A stretch of 64,000 bases of DNA from Botryllus schlosseri (taxonomy: Eukaryota), in contig CM119371.1 of assembly GCA_051294905.1 (NCBI GenBank), positions 16,742,001-16,806,000 on the forward strand, written 5' to 3'. Under the pieces are notes generated by a model. That model worked only from the letters and a program-made list of their open reading frames with translations, did no database searches and was not told where the DNA came from. The position numbers and the translations under genes were made by a program. This document shows, piece by piece, positions 26,450 to 40,279 of this stretch. Each line of letters begins with the position of its first letter. The stretch's first letter is position 1.

Positions 26450-26890
26450 AGGGGTTCTTATGGGCCCGCTCGCACGGTGCCTCGAAACTCGTGTTGGCAC
26501 GGTGACCCTTTTGACCCCCCCTATCTCTCGCACGGTGCCATTGTGTCTTATGGAGCCTCTCACACGGTAACCCTTTTCGGTATAGGCATCTCTCACACGG
26601 TGCCTCGAAAACTCGTGTTGGTGAGTCGTACTTCCAAGTATAGGCATCTCTCGCATGGTGTCATTGTGTCTTATGGAACCTCTCACACGGTAACCCTTTT
26701 CGGTATAGGCATCTCTCGCACATCGCATGGAAAACTCGTGGTGGCACATCGCCCTTTCGGGTATTGGCATCTCTCGCACGTCGTACTTTCGCATGTCGTG
26801 CTTTCGCGTATAGGTTGTGTTGGTGATTCGCCATGCGTTCTTATGGGTGTGGCGGTGATTCGTACTTTCGGGTATATACATCTCTCGACC
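26450..26890. repeat. E3 subterminal GC-rich modular array
   Basis: Modules of about 30 bp with a TCTC(G/A)CACGGT box. GAAAACTCGTG recurs at about 123-bp period. Confidence 0.85.
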
Positions 26891-29800
26891 GGTGTTGAAT
26901 ATGTATCAAGTAAATAGTCATGTGAATGAATCTTTGTTAATTTGTATATCGTGCCGCACAAACGGAAACGCGGCTTGTTGTGAGGATTAAGCAGTGCGAC
27001 CTATATTTCGAATGACCTGTGTGTGGAATTGTTTCACGGCCAGCCGCGTGCTACTATCGATTATTACACTAATCCAGTCAGCACTATTACATTCAGGAGT
27101 ATTCAGTATTCAACAGCGACACGAAAAGCGATCAACAAATAACCTCGTTCACAAACTAACACTTCAAAAATGTGTGAAATAGTTTGCAAAACCCCGCGAT
27201 CGCTGACAAGATAATGTCTCGGGCATAACCATTTTAGTGACTTGGTGTTAAAGACATACCGATCGCTCACAAGGTAATATTTCGGTAATTAGTTTGTCAC
27301 AGAGCCGTCGCAGACGGTGATTCGAAAACCAACAATTTGACACTTTCTGGTGCTTGCTATATGTTTTGACACTTAGGAACGTGGTTGACTTTAGTTGTAT
27401 GATAAGAATCATGTGAATATACAAGTAATGTATCAATTTGTCAACTTGAAATGAAACTTACTACACAAACCAAGTTGATTCGTATTTGAATGTGTTAATT
27501 CGGTACAATTCTAATTATTTTGAGAAATCTTTTGATTCGACCGTAACCGAATATTACTGACGCCGACTTTCAGCCGCATCGAATTATTCGCACATTCCGC
27601 GCCGCTGTTTTCGCACTTATAGAATCAATACAACTATAACTCTACAAGAATCAAGAATCACAAGTATGTGTATTATACAGTTATTGTCTTTATCAACACG
27701 AAATCAAACTCTTAACAAAATCACGCAACTAATCATTTGTCAGCTCTAACATTATCAAAAAATTCCAGTATTGTTGATTGAAAATCCTCGAGTCCTTATT
27801 ATCAAAAACGTTATAGTACGGTGTCGGAATCCATTCGCGGGGTGTACTAAAGCTAAATCCAGATAATCCAAAATGAAATATTTGGACTTTGACATAGTGT
27901 GACTTGAAATAGGATTGACAAACATGACTACCAACTTCCCCACAGTCCCGTTTCGATATTATACACACATTGATTTGAAACAAGTAATGAAACATCACAA
28001 CTCTATTCACGATCGTGCTTTCCGTTTGTCAAAGAGATATTTTAACATCTTACCATACTCAAAAGAATTATTCACAACATTAACAATTGTTAAAAATCTA
28101 GTTTTCACTTACTTGATTATATCACTGCAACTCATAAATTTGAATTAATTCATCCTGGTTGTATTCATATGCTCGGTCTTTTTTATTCAATTGTAAAGGT
28201 TGTTACTATTCTGAAGACAAACTATTTACTAATCGGTGCATATACGATTTGACTTGGACATATTATATTTTGAGTATACGAGATTTGAACGTCTGAACAA
28301 TAACTGAGAAATAATTTATCACAATTAAATCCGTAATATTACAGCGTAAAAGATATTGGAATGTCAGCACCTCTGTAAGGTCGTAGTTACTACCACATTA
28401 CCTAATTTACCCGACCAACTCGTCATGATCATTCCTGAAATCAACACAAACGTGACCACTGACTTGAGTTAACCACAAAACAGCATCAAGTTTTAAATCC
28501 ACTTGTAGCTTACGGCTTATTTGAATGCGGGTTATTTTTTGTTGTAATTGAGTGTACGGAAATAGTATTACGTCTCGACATATCACCATCTTACCATATT
28601 CAAAGAGTCAACCACGAAAACATTGTCAAGTAAATCCGTTTGTAACTTACCCGACCAACTCAAGCAGTTAGCCAAGCATACACGAGTCCATACAAACACT
28701 AAAACCTGAAATCCATAGCAAGTTCGGTTGTACTCATATCCCTACGACACCTCATTTTTATTCAACTTTAAAAGTCGTTACTATTCTGTAAGAAAGAGAA
28801 ATTACTACGCGGTATATTCTGCAAGACAAAGTAATTATTACTCGATATATTTTGTAAGACAAAAGTAATTACTACCCGCTGCAGGTGACTTGAGATTAAC
28901 ATAATATGTTTGAATATACGAGATTTGAAAGTCTGATCAACGTAGTTGCGACTTCATTTCTTACAATCGAACGCTGGTGTTATATTCAAAGTTATGATAT
29001 CAGAAAATATTTTACAAATGTAATTGTTTCCAGTACCCAAGACTAAAGATGTAATAGTTCCAGTATTCATACATTGAACAACCGATGCAAAATGCTTTAT
29101 TAACCCGATTCCCAACGGGTAATTGAAACGACTAAGTGTATAATCAGTATATCACAATATCGTTACTATTGAATCCAACGATTTATTGTCGGAATTTGTG
29201 ACAGAGAATTGAAACATATGCACTTTACAGAGTATGAAAATATCACTTTGAGTATCGAGTACCGTTCGAAGCTAGCGATCAATTCCTAATCATTTCAGTA
29301 ACTCCTCATTGTGCGTGCTAAATGTAAAATATCGCGAGGTTATACACTCTAAGACTTTGATCATTACAAAAGTAAATTGTGATATGTTTGTTAGATGCAT
29401 CCAATTCAACTAGAAGTGTCTAGTGCCCAACACTCGTAATATCAAAAAGTACTTGCTACACTGTAATTCACTAAACGTGTTTTGCATTGTTGTTCATTTG
29501 TAGCATTGATTGAAATTGTTTTTTGAACCCTCAAATAATAATTCCCGACATGAAACCAAGCCGCTGAAAGTCGTTACCATCACGAAGATACAACGTGTAC
29601 GATGTTTGTCAAATGTGTCCTACCTGGCCAACAGAAAACAATTTTCACTAGCTTGGTAATGAAACCGAAGTCTCCATTCGATATTTTGTTTGTGTCAAAT
29701 ACTTTGCAATAAACACACTGGAGTGGTCGAGCTTTACATCAGCAGACTGTAATCTGTAAATCAAGCTTACATCCGACTTGTAACTGTATCGTTTACCTAA

Positions 29801-30859
29801 CCGAGTTGTATGCACAGTTTGATATTTTTTGTTATTTGGTAATTGCTGAATATACTACTTCGAAATACTCCCTTGAACGTAATTTCCATCATCGTAATAA
29901 TCGAAGTACATTTGTGTCGAATTCGTAACAGTCGACTATGACATGATAAATTTTTGACAAGTTATGCTTGGAAGATTGGTTGTATATTACGAAAAATAAT
30001 TACCGCTCATATTCATACTGTTATCCATTGTTCGGTATTTTCAAACGAGTAAAATTTATTACTTGAGTTACTCCGCTTAATGCAAATGTAAACACAACCG
30101 TCTTTCAACATCGCAAAGACATCGATACAAAGTATACAATCAAACGCAACAAGTTTTACTTTTGTAGGTTGTGTAGGGTTATCCTGCATAACTCATTTCT
30201 TACCAAAGCCATATGAAATATATTCATGTTACACGAAAATATTCACTCATGCTACAAACCTGTACAATGATTGGTGGTGCTTTCAAACTGTTTCGATACC
30301 TCAAGAACTTTATTGTCTGAATGGTTGTTCATGTATCATAATAATCAAGTAATTCAACACAGAACTAGTATTAACAGAAACACCAAAGTTGTTTACACAA
30401 AAGTTTGTATGTGTACAGTATACGAATACCATGTGTAAGTCCAGCACAATTGTGTACGAGTTTAGTTAACACAATTTACGACACCGAGGTCGCGTCATCT
30501 TTCGTAAGACAACAAACCAAGGCTTCAGGATATGTCCATGTCATAGCAATGAATCAGCTACTCCAACAACAGAGTGCATATGTTTTCTAGTTACGGTGCT
30601 TACATCTTACACACAAATCAATCTACTATGCTAACGAAAAGTGGTGAGTCATCATATGGTTATCCTCACTAGTAAAACATACTATCATACAAAATGGTCG
30701 TTATAGTTTGCACACCAACGGTACATCGTACAAGTAACAAGTCTCGAGCATCCAGTTATTCAAAAAACGTGAAAGTATTTCTACACCAAGTCGTTATGTT
30801 GACGAAAGCGTATATTGTAATACCAGTAGTTAAGTAGATCGCTCGCGAACGGCTAATTT

Positions 30860-31335
30860 TTGCATGGGGCTCTTATGGCGGGGTGGCGATTCGTATTGAA
30901 AACCGGGGGTGGCGACTCGTACTTTCAGACCCCCCTCGGGGCCGCGATTCGTAATGGGTTCTTATGGACGCGGTCGTGATTCGTACTTTTGGGTATAGGC
31001 TGTGGTGGTGACTCGTATTGAAAACTCAGGGTCGTGATTCGTACTTTTGGGTATAGGCAGCGGCGGTGATGTGCCTGAAAACTCGTGGTCGTGACTCGCC
31101 TTTTTTGCTATGGGCTGCGGCGGTGATGCGCCATGAAAACTCGTGTTGGTGATGGTACCCTTTCAGACCCCCTATCGCTCGTGATGTGCCAATGGTTCTT
31201 ATGGGATCTCTGGTGATGTGCCATTGTTTCTTATGGTATCTCTGGTGATGTGTCATGTATTCTTACGGGATCTGTCGTGATTCGCCATGTGTTCTTATGG
31301 GTGCGGTCGTGATTCGCACTTTCAACCATCTCTCG
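30860..31335. repeat. E2 left subterminal array (mirror copy at about 59020-59495)
   Basis: Modules with GTGATTCGTAC or GGTGATGTGCC boxes separated by CTTATGG, GGTATAGGC and GAAAACTC linkers. Confidence 0.85.
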
Positions 31336-32539
31336 CGTGGTGTTGAATAGTCACCAACAATATCCGCACAAACGGAAACGTGGCTTGTAAGAGGATTTAC
31401 GCAGTGCGTGCGACAGACGGCGATTCGAATATCAACAATAGTCGCGTTCGCAAACTAACACTTCAAAAAGATGTGAAATATTTGTAAAATCCTACGATCG
31501 CTCACAAGATACCACTTCCGGCATATCGATCTATCACTCAATACACAACCGAAGTTGAATTGTAATTGAATGCGTAAATTTATCAACTCGACATCAAAAT
31601 TCGAAAACAACAACTTGATGCTTTATGTTCTCACTCTAATTTCATGATAAGTGTAATAAGTGCCGAATAACAGATACATCACCGGCGAGACTTGAATACC
31701 AACAAATTGTCACTTATTTCTATTCTAGCCGTAATCCTTTGTGAAGTTAACGCTTATTCAAAAAGGTGTGAAATAGTTTGCAAAACCCCGCGACCACTGA
31801 CAAGATAATGTCTCGGACATACCCATCTTTCACGACTTGGTGTCATAGCCATACCGATCGCTCACGCGGTGAAATTTTAGTAATCAGTTTGTCACAGAAC
31901 TAGATTTCACTGGTAAGATTTAATAAATACCGACTATCAGAACCATCAGTGTGGGTAACTTGAATAGCAACAAATTGTCACTTATTTCCGACGGGAAGTT
32001 CACTAAACCGCAGTACAATGCGGGATTTTGAAAAACAGATGTTCGCGAGCGCGTTTTGATATGTGTGACCCACTAACTACGTCCGCTTTGGAGACGCGAT
32101 CTGTTGTGAGGATTTCGAACGCGCACTATCGTATCGATTATTCCACTAATCCAGTCAGCACTATTACATTCAGGAGTATTCGGTATTCAGCAGCGACACG
32201 AAAAACGATCAACAAATAACTGCGTTCACAAACCAACACTTCAAAAAATGTGTGAAATAGTTTGCAAAACCCCGCGATCGCTGACAAGATAATGTCTCGG
32301 GCATAACCATTTTAGTGACTTGGTGTTAAAGACATACCGATCGCTCACAAGGTAATATTTCGGTAATTAGTTTGTCACAGAGCCGTCGCAGACGGTGATT
32401 CGAAAACCAACAATTTGACACTTTCTGGTGCTTGCTATATGTTTTGACACTTCGGAACGTGGTTGACTTTAGTTGTATGATAAGAATCATGTGAATATAC
32501 AAGTAATGTGAGTAGTATAGTCGATCGCTCGCGAACGGC

Positions 32540-33360
32540 CATTGTGGCTTATGGGTGCGGCGGTGAGGTGCCGCGAAAACTCGTGGTGGTGATGGCACCC
32601 TTTTGACCCCCCCTCTCGGCGGTGAGGTGCCATGTGTTCTTATGGATGCGGTGATGATGGCACCCTTTCGGGTATAGGCTGCGGCGGTGAGGTGCCGTGA
32701 AAACTCGTGGTGGTGATGGCACCCTTTTACACCCCCTCTCGGCGGTGAGGTGCCATGTGCTCTTATGGATGCGGTGATGATGGCACCCTTTCGGGTATAG
32801 GCTGCGGCGGTGATGTGCCTGAAAACTCGTGTTGGTGACTCGCCTTTTTTGCTATAGGCGGTGGCGGTGATGTGCCATGTATTCTTACGGGATCTGTGGT
32901 GATTCGCCATGTGTTCTTATGGATGCGGTCGTGATTCGCACTTTCAGGCATCTCTCGCGCGGTGTTGAATATGTACGAGTCACCAACAATAACCGCACAA
33001 ACGGAAACGTGGCTTGCAAGAGGATTAAGCAGTGCGACCTATATTTCGAATGACCTGCGCGCTGAATTGTTTCACAGCCAACCGCGGTGGTCGTGACTCG
33101 CCTTTTTTACTATAGGTGGTGACGGTGATTCGCCTGTCGTGTATTCTTACGGGGATCTGTGGTGACTCGCCATGTGTTCTTATGGGTGCGGTCGCATGCG
33201 GCTATTGCGTCTTATGGCGGGGGTGGTGAGCGGCTATTGATGCTAACACGAAACCCGGGGTGGCGAGCGGCACATATTTCTTATGGCGGCGGGTCTTATT
33301 TCTTATGGATGCGGTCGTGATTCGTACTTTCGGTATAGACTGCGGGCGGCATGTCGTACT
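32540..33360. repeat. E1 left subterminal array (mirror copy at about 46317-47137)
   Basis: About 123-bp higher-order repeat (GAAAACTCGTG at 32575, 32699 and 32821) with GCGGTGA(G/T)GTGCC boxes. A second, looser block lies at 33085-33360. Confidence 0.85.
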
Positions 33361-36300
33361 TTCAGCAAAAAAAGGTGTGAAATAGTTTGCCAAGTCTAGG
33401 AATCACTTGCAAGGTAATATTTTGGTATTTAGTTTACCACAGAGCCGGCGTAGACGGCGATTCGAATATCAACAATAACAACGCTCACGAATTAACACTT
33501 CAAATAGCTGTGAAATAGTTTGCAAAACCCCGCGATCGCTGACAAGATAATGTCTCGGTCATAACCATCTTTCACGACTTGATGTCATAACCATACCAAT
33601 CGCTCACAAGGTAATATTTTGATAGTTTGTCACAGAACTTGATATCGCTGGTAAGATTTAACAAGTAACGAATAACAGACCGCCAGTGTCGGTAACTTGA
33701 ATAGCGACAAATTGTCACTTATTTCCGCTCTAACCCTAATCCTTTGTGAAGTGAACGCTTATTCAAAAGGGTGTGATATAATTTTAAAATCCTACGACAC
33801 TCACAGGGTAATGCTTCAGACAAAGCGATCCCTCATGCCCGCTCACAAGGTAATATTTCCGTAATTAGTTTGTCACAGAGTCGTCGCAGACGGTGATTCG
33901 TAAACCAACAATTTGACACTTTCTGGTATGGTCGCTATATGTTTTTGACACTTTGTCCGTGTTTGACTTTAGTTGTATGATAAGAACCATGCGAATATTC
34001 AAGCAATGTATCAATTGAATGAAATGAAACTTACTACACAGCTCAAGTTGATTCGTATTTGAATGTGTTGATCCGGTACAATTCTAATTAATTTGAGAAA
34101 TCTTTTTAACGTGATCTTCTGATTCGACCGTAACCTGAATATTACTGACGCCGACTTTCAGTCACATTGAATTATTCACACATTCCACGCCGCTGTTTTA
34201 ACAGTTATAGAATCAATACCAACTATCTCTAACCCGATAATATTCAATCATTTTGGTAATTTGCCAACTTTAAATCCATTCGCGGATGTACTAAAGGTAA
34301 ATCCAAATAATCCAAAATGAAATATTTGGACTTTGACATAGTCTGAATTGAAATAGATTGACAAACATGACTACCAACTTTCACGCAGTCCCATTTCGAT
34401 ATTATATGCACATTGATTTGAAACAAGTAATGCAACATTGCAACTCTATTCGCGATCCCGCTTTCCGTTTGTCAAAGAGATATTTTAACATCTTACCATA
34501 CTCAAAAGAATTCTTCACAACATTAACAATTGTTAAAAATCTAGTTTTCACTTACTTGATTATATCACTACAACCCACAAACTTGAATTAATTCATCCTG
34601 GCTGTATTCGTATGATCGGTCTTTTTTATTCGATTGTAAAGGTCGTTACTATTCTGAAGACAAAGTATTTACTAATCGGTACATATACGATTTTACTTGG
34701 ACATATTATATTTTGAGTATACGAGATTTGAATGTCCGAACAATAACTGAGAATTAATTTATCACAATTAAATCCGTATATTACAGCGTAAAAGATATTG
34801 GGGGGTCAGCAACTCTGTACGGTCGTAGTTACAACCACATTAACTAATCTACCCAGGCAACTCGTCATGATCATTCCTGAAATCAACACAAACACGACCA
34901 CTGACTTGAGTTAACCGCGAAACAGCATCAAGTTTTAAATCCGCTTGCAGCTGACGGATTATTCGAATGCATCGATGGAGAATATTATTGAACTCGTCGG
35001 TATTGTTACTTCAACAAATTACACCGACTGCGAAAGTTAATATCGAATGGTAAGACTTGATCACATATTTGTTGATCACAGACACGACAAAAAAACATTA
35101 CCGAGATTTTATAAACTAGTCATATTACTCTACACATCTATCAATATCAAAATGCGAGTCATCCAATTTATCTACTAAAGTAACATTGCACTTTCGGATT
35201 CGGTATAGTCATACAAATTGTATTAAATCCAAAATCAAAACAAAAGGATTTTATTTTTTAGTTTATTGAAATCAAATCATTCGTCTTCGACTTGTGCTTT
35301 TCTAGATTGCACGCAACAATTCGTTACGAACGAGCTGTAACCAAAGTTAAGAATTCTTTGTGTCCACAGATATAGAAGATGAATATAGCTAACACAATCG
35401 CGAATCGATGTTTCAGAGTATTTCACGGATGTAATAAACTTGTTAGTGTCCCCTATCTAAAAAGTATGCATGCGTTCGATTTCCATACCGACTGTTGCGA
35501 TGTTTAGGATTCGTTTACAATGACCAAGAGTGAGGATTTAACATCAAAGTCGTTACTGGAGGTATTCACAACAGAGAATCGAAACATTACACAGTGTGAA
35601 AATATATCTTTGATATCAAAGCACTATCCCAAGTACACGATTAATACTCAACTCCGTTCACACTTTCTATAGAACGTGCTAAATGTAAAATATCACGAGG
35701 TTGCACTCTAAGACTTTGATCATTACAAAAGTAAATTGAATATGTCTGCTCGACGCATTCAATTCAACTAGAAATGTCTAGTGCACAACAATCGTAATAT
35801 TAAGGAAGTACTTGCTACACTGTAATTCACTTAACGTGTTTTGCATTGTTGTTCATTTGTAGTATTGATTGTTTTTGAACCCCCAAATAATAATTCCCGA
35901 CATGAAACCAAACCGCTGAAAGTCGTTACCAACACAAAGAAACACTTTGTATGATGTTTGCCAAATGTACCCTATGGTTAGGTGTACCAGAATTATTTGT
36001 GTAACACATACACCGACAATGTAATCGAAAATTTTTCCGTTGTCATTCGCTAAAGTAAATGTCATCACAATACTCTGTCACTAAAGATCTTACTTGTATC
36101 TGATTGAATCACCGATAATTAACTCGCTAAATCAAACCATAAGGAAATTTCACTCACTCATCAGATATGAAACAGCGTCGCTTAATCGGTGTAGATCGTT
36201 TTTCTAAATGCAAATCATACCGGACCAACAGAAAAACAATTTTCACTCACCTTGTAATGAAACCAAGTGTAGTGGACCTTCGTTCAATATTTTGTTTGTG

Positions 36301-37899
36301 TCAAATACTTTGCGATAAACACACTGGAGTGGTCGAGCTTTACATCAGCAGACTGTAATCTGTAAATCAAGCTTACATCCGACTTGTAACTGTATCGTTT
36401 ACCTAACCGAGTTGTATGCACAGTTTGATATTTTTTGTTATTTGGTAATTGCTGAATATACTACTTCGAAATACTCCCTTGAACGTAATTTCCATCATCG
36501 TAATAATCGAAGTACATTTGTGTCGAATTCGTAACAGCCGACTATGACATGATAAATTTTTGACAAGTTATGCTTGGAAGATTGGTTGTATATCACGAAA
36601 AATAATTACCGCTCATATTCATACTGTTATCCATTGTTCGGTATTTTCAAACGAGTAAAATTTATTACTTGAGTTACTCCGCTTAATGCAAATGTAAACA
36701 CAACCGTCTTTCAACATCACAAAGACATCGATACAAAGTATACAATCAAACGCAACAAGTTTTACTTTTGTAGGTTGTGTATGGTTATCCTGCATAACTC
36801 ATTTCTTACCAAAGCCATATGAAATATATTCATGTTACACGAAAATATTCACTCATGCTACAAACCTGTACAATGATTGGTGTTGCTTTCAAACTGTTTC
36901 GATACCTCAAGAACTTTATTGTCTGAATGGTTGTTCATGTATCATAATAATCAAGTAATTCAACACAGAACTAGTATTAACAGAAACATCAGAGTTGTTT
37001 ACACAAAAGTTTGTATGTGTACAGTATACGAATACCATGTGTAAGTCCAGCACAATTGTGGTATCCAATACGAGTTTAGTTAACACAATTTACGACACCG
37101 AGGTCGCGTCATCTTTCGTAAGACAACAAACCAAGGCTTCAGGATATGTCCATGTCATAGCAATGAATCAGCTACTCGAACAACAGAGTGCATATGTTTT
37201 CTAGTTACGGTGCTTACATCTTACACACAAATCAATCTACTTTGCTAACGAAAAGTGGTGAATCATCATATGGTTATCCTCACTAGTAAAACATACTATC
37301 ATACAAAATGGTCGTTATAGTTTGCACACTAACGGTACATCGTACAAGTAACAAGTCTCGAGCATCCGGTTATTCAAAAAACGTGAAAGTATTTCTACAC
37401 CAAGTCGTTATGTTGACGAAAGCGTATATTGTAATACCATGATCGATTTGCATTCGTTGGTCACAAACTGTCACTACTCTAAATAATTATTTTTCACTCA
37501 AACACAAAAGCATACTTGTCGCCAATCGTTTTCATCAAGTACGAGTTCAAGAAACTTACTACGACATGAATTTTTATTTTTATGTTGTGTAAATAGGTAA
37601 TAATTATTTCAAGTAACACTATATCAACATCATCGAGTTGTGCTAATAGATTTACATGCGATCTTGTGGTTTTCATCGGGACATACAGCACGAACTAACT
37701 GTAGACTCCTCTCTGTTGTACAGCTACTCGGTAATCGAAATGCATTAACATGTAAACAACGATCTTGTTTCGTCACACCAAAAATATGTTCACTGTCGCG
37801 ATACTCCGCACAAGACGTGCATAGTCTTTTCACACTCGTAATAGTATACCAACGGCAAGCGATAACGTTTAACAAGACCAACGACACTGAACCCACGAC

Positions 37900-38680
37900 G
37901 TTTACCTATGTAAAATTACCACTTTCACTTGCCAGTCCATCGTTTACCTGACTAAACATATTATTTTCCTTTGGAGATCTGATGTTTACCCAGAGTAAGA
38001 AACCTTTTTCACTTGGAAATCTATTTTTTCCTTGGCTAACAAACCTTTTTTCACTTGTAAATATGTTTTTTCCTTGGCTAACAAACCTTTTTTCACTTGG
38101 AAATCTATTTTTTCTCTGGTTAACAAACCTTTTTCCCCGGGTAACAAACCTTTTTCCCTGAGCAACAAGCCATTTTCACTTGGTGGTCCGTCGTTTACCT
38201 GAGTAAAAATATCATTTTCCTTTGGGGATCTGGCGTTTACCCGGTGTAACAATACATTTTCGCTTGGAAAAATACTTTTACCTAGAGTAACTAATCATTT
38301 TCTCCTGGGTAACAATCCCTTTTCGTCTGGAAACTATCATTTAACTGAGTACCAATACCGTTTTCACTTGGAAATACATTTTTTCCCTGGGTAACAAACC
38401 TTTTTCCCTGAGCAACAAACCATTTTCACTTGCAAATATATTTTTTCCTGGGTAACAAACCTTTTTCACTTGGAAATATATTTTTTCCCTGGGTAACAAA
38501 CCTTTTTCGCTTGGAAATATATTTTTTCCTTGAGCAACAAACCATTTTCACTTGGCGGGTCGTCGTTTACCTGACTAAAAATATCATTTTCCTTTGGAGA
38601 TCTGGCGTTTACCCAGTGTAACAATACATTTTCTCTTGGTCATCTAGCTTTTCCTAGAGTAACAAAACCATTTTCATTTT
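37900..38680. repeat. About 41-bp satellite in the E1 left arm (mirror at about 40997-41777)
   Basis: Unit similar to CCTTTTTCACTTGGAAATATATTTTTTCTCTGGGTAACAAA. Confidence 0.9.
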
Positions 38681-39397
38681 GAAATCTGACAAACACACCT
38701 GACAATTTGATAATTTTGTATATTGTTACAACGAACAGTGACGGAAATATACACAGACTACCGGTTTCAGAGTACACCCCATCGGTCGTATCACGTCAAT
38801 ATCATCGGTTAACCACATACAATATACTCTTGTACACCGAAATGCACGCTTTGGAAAATTGGACAATAGGCTGCGATAGTTCTGTGATGTCCGGGTTCGT
38901 GCTTTAGATTTTCCAGAGTCAAAATGTCTGAATAAAACACCTCCTCGATGACGGTTGGTATGTGGATAACGGTGTTCGGAAAACGGATGGATTTATGTCG
39001 CCCATCGCGATAACAATTCCTGGTCGAGTTTTCCTCCGGCATGTTTGCTATATTGTGTCTTTATTGGTCAATGTATGTCTCGACATTCAGTTTGAAATCG
39101 GAAATGATAAAGTATGTAACCGGATCCGGATATCAACTCTGAATCGATAAACCAATGAACAATATTCAAAGTAAACATGTCACACCCTGTGTTTCCACGA
39201 AAAATACCATCCAGACATACGTCGCGCTTGTTTGCCCACATCAGTATACGCGCAAATGGAGGTGTGTGACATTGCATGCAATGTGTTGGTATACAGACAT
39301 CGATCCACAGACATTATCATAGCCGGTAGTTTTGATGTAGATCGAATGTCACTCGATAACAATACCAATAAGCCACATTGCAATGACTCTGAGTCCG

Positions 39398-40279
39398 TCT
39401 GAGCATGACATACAGACACACAAACATGGAACCGTAACATGGGTTATTCGCACGACGGTGAAAGTGAACTGCACAGAATATACCAATAGAGCGTTCACAG
39501 ACATTCACCGTGTACAATCATATAACCAGATTTTTGCTGGATATGTACGAAACCGATAAATCGATACATTTCTGTTCCTTCGACGTCAATAATACAAGCG
39601 TCGTTCCAATGCATCGCTCGAATGTAAGGTTCTTCAGGTGTAAAACCTATGTCAAATAACACCAAAGTGTGCCTTCTGTGTTTTATTATTTCCACCGATG
39701 CATCTTGCCTGTGTCGTAACACTATGGTGCAGGGACTCGAAAAACGGTACTTTGTAAAACGGATTGACATGACCAACTGAAACGACGTCGATAGCCTTGT
39801 GGTGATGATAGTTTCAAAATGTTACCGATCTCTTGTGGCGATGACCGTTTCGAAATGGCACCGGGCGAAATGGACCCTTACGATGATGTGTTTTTTGATT
39901 GCGTGTGAAATCACGAGGTAGTGTTCTATTGTGGTGTACGATTGCAGTCTTCACATAGACACACCTTATTGGATCACAGTATCAGTCCGAGATTTGCACG
40001 ATATTTATCTGGAGTCGTTATGTGGGAGTAGCGACATCCATGCATCGTGACTGAAAGACTGATCGCAATCATTTCGAGCACCGTACTTCGATAGTTCACA
40101 TTGGTAAAACGCTGCAGCAGAAAACTTCGGTGTCGACAACACGACAGATATCGATCGATGTATCCAATTGGTCTGGGTGATCTGTCCGGAGATAGGGTCA
40201 TGACTATCTTGCAATGTAACAACACGATAACACCATCGAGTAAATCAGCGAACGGTGTCGAAATATCGATGTAATAGCG
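39398..40279 (-). other. E1 unique spacer, 882 bp, with decayed ORF-like sequence
   Basis: Homologous to the E2 and E3 spacers. ORF fragments 39495-39776 and 39974-40294 on the minus strand. Confidence 0.85.
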
